A DNA stretch of 64,000 bases from a virus. Made by a program: the position numbers and the translations under genes. The stretch lies in IMG/VR virus record IMGVR_UViG_3300017752_000002. The stretch is one strand, 5' to 3'. Under the pieces are notes generated by a model. It made no database searches. It had not been told where the DNA came from and worked only from the letters and a program-made list of their open reading frames with translations. Shown piece by piece: positions 58,402 to 64,000 of this stretch. How positions within the stretch are numbered: the first letter of the stretch is position 1; each line of letters starts with the position of its first letter.

Positions 58402-59793
58402 ATGCGTATTGAAGACACTATATTAAATAATCTTATTCATAATGATGAGTACTGCCGAAAAGTAGTACCATTTATTAAAGCTGAATATTTCCAAGATAGA
58501 ACTGAAAAGATAATATTTGAAGAGTTTGATAAACTGTTCTTACAGTACAACAACATTCCTAATCCTGATATGATTGCTTCTGAAGTTTTTGAACGAAAAG
58601 ATTTATTTGAAAACGAGCATGCTCTTATTCAGGAAAAAATACAGCAGATGTCTGAGCCAAAATCTATTAATGATAATTGGCTATATGATAAAACTGAGGA
58701 ATGGTGTAAAGAACGAGCAGTACATAATACTATTATGGACTCTATCAAAATTATCGATGGTCGTGATAAAGTACATACCAAAGATGCGATTCCTAAAATG
58801 ATGCAGGATGCTTTGGGTGTTTGCTTTGATGACTCTGTCGGTCATGATTATCTTGAAGATGCTGATGATAGATTTCAATTTTATCATAAGATTGAAGAAA
58901 AAATTAAATTTGATATTGATTTATTGAATACTATTACTCGTGGTGGTTTGAGTAAAAAAACTCTTAACATCGCCATGGCTGGTACTGGTGTTGGTAAATC
59001 TTTGTTTATGTGTCATCATGCATCTAGTGTATTGAACGAGGGTATGAATGTTCTTTATGTCACTATGGAGATGGCTGAAGAAAAGATATCTGAAAGGATT
59101 GACGCAAACTTATTGAACTTGGGTATGGATGAAATTAAAGTTGTTGACCATGATATATTCAGTAAGAGAATTAATAAAGTAAAAGAAAACAGTAAAGGTA
59201 AACTGATTGTAAAAGAATATCCTACAGGTGCTGCTCATGCAGGTCACTTCAGAGCATTACTTGAAGAACTTAAAATGAAAAAAGGTTTCAAAGCAGATAT
59301 TATATTTATCGATTATCTAAATATCTGTGCTTCGCAAAGACTAAGGATGGGTGCCAATGTAAATACTTATTCTTATATCAAATCTATTGCTGAAGAACTA
59401 AGAGGTCTGGCAGTTGAATATAACTGTCCTATCGTATCAGCTACTCAAACTACAAGAGGTGGATATAATAATACTGATGTTGGTCTTGAAGATACTTCGG
59501 AGTCTTTCGGTTTACCAGCTACTGCCGATCTAATGTTTGCGATTATTGCTAGTGAAGAACTGGATAATATGGGACAATGGATGATTAAACAACTTAAAAA
59601 CAGATATTCAGATCCTAACTATTATAAGAGATTTGTAGTTGGGGTTGATAAAAACAAGATGAGATTGTACAATGTTGAAGAATCTGCCCAAAGTAATATA
59701 ATGGATAGTGGGCAGGAAGAAAAAGATATCGGAGCAGTATTTGATAAAACCGATGCAGGTGAACGATTAAGTATGGAAGGATTTAAGGTATGA
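58402..59793 (+). CDS. gp41: Replicative helicase gp41
   Basis: AGTGVGKS, IDYLNI, SATQTTR, SESFGLPATAD, KQLKNRY. Confidence 0.97.
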   Translation: MRIEDTILNNLIHNDEYCRKVVPFIKAEYFQDRTEKIIFEEFDKLFLQYNNIPNPDMIASEVFERKDLFENEHALIQEKIQQMSEPKSINDNWLYDKTEEWCKERAVHNTIMDSIKIIDGRDKVHTKDAIPKMMQDALGVCFDDSVGHDYLEDADDRFQFYHKIEEKIKFDIDLLNTITRGGLSKKTLNIAMAGTGVGKSLFMCHHASSVLNEGMNVLYVTMEMAEEKISERIDANLLNLGMDEIKVVDHDIFSKRINKVKENSKGKLIVKEYPTGAAHAGHFRALLEELKMKKGFKADIIFIDYLNICASQRLRMGANVNTYSYIKSIAEELRGLAVEYNCPIVSATQTTRGGYNNTDVGLEDTSESFGLPATADLMFAIIASEELDNMGQWMIKQLKNRYSDPNYYKRFVVGVDKNKMRLYNVEESAQSNIMDSGQEEKDIGAVFDKTDAGERLSMEGFKV

Positions 59794-61091
59794 CAAAAAC
59801 AATAACAGCACCTAAGAAATTTGACTGTGAAAATATATTGGGTAGATTTGGTGACGAAAGTCATTATGAGTTGTTAGTTGATTATGATTGTGATTTTTAT
59901 GCTCCTACACCTATGGGTGAGGAAAACTCTGAAGAAAATATTATATTCAAGTTTAGAAAGAACTTCTTTTCTCAAGAACAACAAGACGAAGCATATAAAG
60001 GACTTCGTGAAGCAGCAGGTGCCACTGAAAATCGTGGACTCGCAGCAGGTATAGAAAAAACCAAATCGCTTGGCTCTAGAGATTGGGTCACTAATTACCA
60101 TGAAGAATTATTGGCATATTTTCAAAACCCATCTACAACACTAGATGGTTCTGACCCAGTAGAAAATATTAAAGCTAAGTGGAAAGGTAGAGAGAATATT
60201 GCTGATGACAGTAGAGGTAATGTATGGTTGGCTCTTAAAGTTGCTGAGGAAGCATTTGAGTTTGAAGCATGGGTTGAAGAGATAAGGTTATTACCCAAAG
60301 ATGAAATGGTAGCTGAAGCGAATAGAGTTAGAGATAAACTTACATCTACAACTTCTTATGCTAATCAGGTTTTCTCAGGTATCGCAGGTTATTTTGACAG
60401 ATATCCTCGTATTCCTTTTGGTCGTCCTACAACTTACACTCGTGATAATTATGATAAGTTTGAGATGGCACTTCCTTTCTTACAACAACTTAGTAAAGGA
60501 TTTGAAGATCTATTACCTGTCAGATATGGTAAGCAGAATGAAGCATGTGGTAAATTAGATTCTAAGTTTATTATTCCAGGAACTGTATTTACTACTGCTA
60601 CTGTAAACAAAACTTTTAGAACAGCTTACCATAGAGATGCTGGTGATTTGAATGAAGGTTTTTCTAATCTTACTGTTGTATCTAATAATGGTAAATACTC
60701 AGGTGGTCATTTAATACTTCCTGAATATAAGGTTGCTGTAAACATTCGTCCTGGAGATTTATTACTAATTAATAATCATGACGGAATACATGGTAATACA
60801 CCTATGGTTATGGAATCTGATGATGCTGAAAGAATATCATTCGTGTGTTATTTTAGGGAAAAAATGTTAGAACTTGGATCTTGGGATTATGAAAGGGCAA
60901 GGGAAGATTATGTCACTGCTCGTAGAACTAATAAAGAACACCCTTTACAAAGAAAATTATGGAATGGTATCAGTCCTGGAATGTGGGATGAAAGTGAGTG
61001 GTACGATTTCTTAGAAAATAAATTAGGTATAGATGTATTGACTAAGTATCATCCCGACAGTCAGTCATCAAGTTTGGAGGAATTTTTCTAA
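59790..61091 (+). CDS. TET/JBP-family Fe(II)/2-oxoglutarate dioxygenase
   Basis: FTTATVNKTFRTAYHRDAGDL (HxD), GGHLILPEY, GDLLL..H..IHGNT (distal H), ERISFVCYFRE (2OG Arg). Confidence 0.88.
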   Translation: MTKTITAPKKFDCENILGRFGDESHYELLVDYDCDFYAPTPMGEENSEENIIFKFRKNFFSQEQQDEAYKGLREAAGATENRGLAAGIEKTKSLGSRDWVTNYHEELLAYFQNPSTTLDGSDPVENIKAKWKGRENIADDSRGNVWLALKVAEEAFEFEAWVEEIRLLPKDEMVAEANRVRDKLTSTTSYANQVFSGIAGYFDRYPRIPFGRPTTYTRDNYDKFEMALPFLQQLSKGFEDLLPVRYGKQNEACGKLDSKFIIPGTVFTTATVNKTFRTAYHRDAGDLNEGFSNLTVVSNNGKYSGGHLILPEYKVAVNIRPGDLLLINNHDGIHGNTPMVMESDDAERISFVCYFREKMLELGSWDYERAREDYVTARRTNKEHPLQRKLWNGISPGMWDESEWYDFLENKLGIDVLTKYHPDSQSSSLEEFF

Positions 61092-61915
61092 TGGACATTT
61101 TAAAAGATTATCAAATCTGTATCCCATCATATAAGCGACACGAAACTGTGATGAATAAAACCATCGAGGTATTAAAGTCATATAATATTGACCCAGCTAG
61201 GATTAAAGTATTCGTGAATGATGAGGAGCCAGGAGAGTATGACAATTATGTAGATACTTTATCTAAAACTGAATACACAAAAAATATTGAAGTCGTAAAA
61301 GGTGTACCAACTATTGGTAAGCAAAGAAACTTCATAGAGAAGTATTATCCTGAAGGAACTTATGTCATGTCTTTTGATGATGATATTGAAGAAGTACAAG
61401 TTAAGGATGGCGAGCAAAACTTACTGCGTGTTGAAGACTTTGAAAAAGAAGTTATACTTAGAGGTTTCCAAGCATGTGAAGATAACGATGCTAAGACTTT
61501 CGGTATATATGCAGCATCAAATGCGTACTTTATGAAGCATCGTACATATACGAAACTTTGTTATATTATCGCTAGTATGTATGGATTTATAGCTGACCAC
61601 GATCCTGAATTAGATCGTCATACTAATCATGGTGAAGATTATGAGTATAGTATGCGTCAATATAGAAAACATGGTGTTGTCGTAAGACTTGATGATATTA
61701 CTGTAAAATCTAATTACTATAAAGAGGTTGGTGGCTTACAAACATTTAGAACTGCTGAAAATATTAAGTCAAGTATTGAGTGGATTGCTGAGAACTTTGA
61801 CGATTTATGTACGATGTATATTCGTAAGACTACTGGGCATGCTGAATTAAAATTGCGTGATACATCTGGTGGTAAATATGATAAAAATTTAAGCACATTA
61901 GAAGGTTTCTTTTGA
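61091..61915 (+). CDS. TET-associated GT-A glycosyltransferase (TAGT/GREB1-like)
   Basis: ICIPSYKR, KQRNFI, MSFDDDI, GEDYE, GGLQ motifs; start overlaps the TET stop. Confidence 0.82.
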   Translation: MDILKDYQICIPSYKRHETVMNKTIEVLKSYNIDPARIKVFVNDEEPGEYDNYVDTLSKTEYTKNIEVVKGVPTIGKQRNFIEKYYPEGTYVMSFDDDIEEVQVKDGEQNLLRVEDFEKEVILRGFQACEDNDAKTFGIYAASNAYFMKHRTYTKLCYIIASMYGFIADHDPELDRHTNHGEDYEYSMRQYRKHGVVVRLDDITVKSNYYKEVGGLQTFRTAENIKSSIEWIAENFDDLCTMYIRKTTGHAELKLRDTSGGKYDKNLSTLEGFF

Positions 61916-62043
61916 ACGAATTAAAACCATTTATCTTAGGTATAGCAATAGCAATGTTATTTGTTGGTCTTATAATATGGATAAGTCCATATGGTGGTCA
62001 GCATGAGCCATTAGATATATTAATTAGAATCTATCAACAATGA
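61912..62043 (+). CDS. Small membrane protein (TTG start, 43 aa)
   Basis: LNELKPFILGIAIAMLFVGLIIWISPYGGQHEPLDILIRIYQQ; overlaps both neighbours by 4 nt. Confidence 0.5.
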   Translation: MNELKPFILGIAIAMLFVGLIIWISPYGGQHEPLDILIRIYQQ

Positions 62044-62459
62044 GAACTGGTATAACTGCTTCAACTTTCGACCTGCTTCATGCTGGTCATGTACAAATGT
62101 TAAGGGATGCCAAATCTCAATGCGATTATTTAATAGCATGTTTACAGATAGATCCTAGTATAGATAGAAAAGATAAAAATGCTCCAATACAAACTGTCGT
62201 TGAAAGATACACACAATTAAAAGCAGTAAAATATGTTGATGAGATTATACCATATTCAAGCGAAAAAGATTTAGAAGATATCTTAGAATTATATGAGATT
62301 GATGTTAGAATACTAGGCGAGGAATATAGAGAAAAAGATTTTACTGGTAAGGATATATGTAAGAGAAGAGATATAGAATTATATTTTAATAAGAGGGAAC
62401 ATAGGTTTTCCTCCACAGATTTGAGAGAAAGGGTGAGTGAGCAATGGTCTGGAAAGTAG
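62040..62459 (+). CDS. Cytidylyltransferase (TagD/glycerol-3-phosphate CT-like)
   Basis: STFDLLHAGH (HxGH), ER...LKAVKYVDEI, FSSTDLR. Confidence 0.9.
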   Translation: MRTGITASTFDLLHAGHVQMLRDAKSQCDYLIACLQIDPSIDRKDKNAPIQTVVERYTQLKAVKYVDEIIPYSSEKDLEDILELYEIDVRILGEEYREKDFTGKDICKRRDIELYFNKREHRFSSTDLRERVSEQWSGK

Positions 62460-62758
62460 CAAAGAAAGACGAAAGATATACTGTATTAGATTATGAAGGA
62501 TTGAATGTTCTCGTACCTTCTCTCACAATTTTACAACCTGGATGTGAAACTAATGGTCATGTACACAGTGACCCACAACAGGAAGAAGTTTATGTATTTA
62601 CAACTGGCACTGGACTCATGGAAGTTGAAGATGAAACGATCTCTGTAAAAGCTGGAGACATCATCCCAGTGCCAGCCAATAAATTTCATAAAGTCTATAA
62701 TAATGATGTAGTGCCATTACACTTTGCTGCTGTATTCAATGGTGCTAGATATGAGTAA
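62444..62758 (+). CDS. Cupin-domain protein
   Basis: HVH....EEVY..TGTG...V..E...VKAGDII.VP...FH motif. Confidence 0.88.
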   Translation: MVWKVAKKDERYTVLDYEGLNVLVPSLTILQPGCETNGHVHSDPQQEEVYVFTTGTGLMEVEDETISVKAGDIIPVPANKFHKVYNNDVVPLHFAAVFNGARYE

Positions 62759-62780
62759 ACCCAACCTTTTCCCAATATCA

Positions 62781-62787
62781 CTAAATA
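62781..62787 (+). promoter_or_regulatory. Late promoter CTAAATA
   Basis: Intergenic, 6 nt before ATG 62794. Confidence 0.6.
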
Positions 62788-62793
62788 GTTGAT

Positions 62794-63342
62794 ATGGCAA
62801 AGTGGTATAGAGATAAAGCAATAATCAATGTCAGAGGTGGAGATGCCGAGACTAGAAAACTTGTTCGCTCTATCGCCCACTGGGTTTCTCGAAAAACTAT
62901 GGATGTTCGACTCCGAACATCTGTCACTGTAAATATCGTAATACAAAAAAACTTATATCTTAAGGAAAAAGTCCAAGGATTATCTTGGATTGACGATGAA
63001 GCATATCGTCCTAAGAAATTTAAGATACAGGTTGAAAAGGAATCTAGACTAAGACCTTTGCTAGAAACTATTGCCCATGAAATGATACATGTTAAGCAAT
63101 GGGCATCTGGTGAAATGTATGAATATTCTGATGGCTTTAGGACTCGTTATAGAAAGCAAGGGTTTAACACTAAAAAGTTAGATTATTGGGATGCTCCTTG
63201 GGAAGTAGAAGCACATGGTAAAGAGGTTGGTCTATTCGTAAGATGGGCAGAAGAAGAAGGATATAACAAACTTCCTTGGGCACAAATTGACTTCCTAAAA
63301 CCTGAGTATGCTAAGAAAATAAAAAAACAATTAAAATCGTAA
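62794..63342 (+). CDS. HExxH zinc metallopeptidase-like protein
   Basis: TIAHEMIHVKQW and YWDAPWEVEA motifs. Confidence 0.8.
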   Translation: MAKWYRDKAIINVRGGDAETRKLVRSIAHWVSRKTMDVRLRTSVTVNIVIQKNLYLKEKVQGLSWIDDEAYRPKKFKIQVEKESRLRPLLETIAHEMIHVKQWASGEMYEYSDGFRTRYRKQGFNTKKLDYWDAPWEVEAHGKEVGLFVRWAEEEGYNKLPWAQIDFLKPEYAKKIKKQLKS

Positions 63343-63349
63343 AAAGTCC

Positions 63350-63382
63350 TTTACTTTTGTTCAAATTTAAGTAGAATAAATA
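63350..63382 (+). promoter_or_regulatory. Overlapping sigma70-type (TTTACT-16-TAGAAT) and late-type (ATAAATA) promoter
   Basis: Intergenic before ATG 63388. Confidence 0.55.
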
Positions 63383-63387
63383 GTGTT

Positions 63388-64000
63388 ATGTCTAAATTTG
63401 AAAACGACCTAGATCTTGTAAAAGCCAAACAGAATGCAGTGAGAGCAAAAGCTACACTGGAAAAACGATTTGCTTCAGATCCTAAAATACAACAAATACT
63501 TGATAAAATAACACCCAATAAACAAGTTATGTGTTATATCTTTTCTAAGAGTATAGCATTTCGTATGGGTCGTGGTAGTATAAAATCTATCGCAGGATTT
63601 CCTGCTGGACTTAAAAATAGTTTTACAGGTATTAATACTGCCAAATCAACTTTCAATCCTTTAAAGATACCAGCAGAAACTAAAAGCTATTCTAAATCAG
63701 ATACTGTTTTATTACTTGCTTTACATTATTTAATTAATTTTTCTGATAGAGTAAAAAGCGAAACTGATAAAACCGAAGCAGTTGAAAGTGAGCAAGTTAT
63801 GACAGTACAAGCTGACTTAAAAAAATTAATTAGAGAATATGGTATAGTGAGATTACAAGTAGGAAAAGAAACTTTTGATGTAGATAATTTTAAACAAGTT
63901 CCTGGAAGACCGAAAGCAGATATGGTGTTCGAATATAAAGGCAGACCAAATATTTTTGTATCACATAAAAAAGGAACTAAACCTGCTGCCTTCCAACAGT
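63388..64000 (+). CDS. 3'-truncated ORF with PD-(D/E)xK-like nuclease motif
   Basis: Open to window end; PGRPKADMVF....IFVSHKKG....FQQ. Confidence 0.6.
   Translation, partial: MSKFENDLDLVKAKQNAVRAKATLEKRFASDPKIQQILDKITPNKQVMCYIFSKSIAFRMGRGSIKSIAGFPAGLKNSFTGINTAKSTFNPLKIPAETKSYSKSDTVLLLALHYLINFSDRVKSETDKTEAVESEQVMTVQADLKKLIREYGIVRLQVGKETFDVDNFKQVPGRPKADMVFEYKGRPNIFVSHKKGTKPAAFQQ

Noticed and set aside
23124-59793. Inteins or introns in gp17, gp43, gp41, uvsW, uvsX
   Set aside because: All have ordinary lengths and continuous motifs; no homing endonuclease seen.
3264-62946. The many minus-strand ORFs in the ORF track (e.g. 3264..3773, 16908..17387, 30333..30863, 48870..49253)
   Set aside because: All are antisense shadows of well-supported + strand genes, lack RBS and recognisable motifs; 30333..30863 is the complement of the acidic gp22 tract.

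Overview
This 64 kb window is part of a T4-like (myovirus) phage genome. The gene set (hsp20, cobS-like AAA+, peptide deformylase, IscA/HesB, glutamine riboswitch, no gp24) resembles marine/aquatic T4-likes; the host cannot be named from sequence. Essentially all genes are on the + strand. Order: tail/baseplate fibre genes (1-19.5 kb), neck-tail-head module gp13-gp23 (19.5-32.8 kb), a riboswitch plus small-ORF island (32.9-34.1 kb), gp3/uvsY/uvsW/gp55/gp47/gp46, an accessory block (41-48.7 kb, one tRNA-Arg), then gp45/44/62/regA/hsp20/gp43/uvsX/gp41. Most notable: (1) right after gp41, a TET/JBP-family dioxygenase and a TET-associated glycosyltransferase, both ending in the same (S/T)LExFF clamp-binding-type tail as the DNA polymerase, followed by a cytidylyltransferase and a cupin, a candidate replication-coupled DNA hypermodification system; (2) a late-promoter-driven glnA-class glutamine riboswitch with an unusually long P3 insert upstream of a triple-YRG peptide; (3) strong synonymous avoidance of GTWAC; (4) promoter geometry implying leaderless mRNAs for gp43, gp41, gp13 and others; (5) a CTAAATA late promoter, a duplicated ~95 bp early promoter and an antisense promoter. 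All assignments are from motif recognition and manual reading; no database searches were run.
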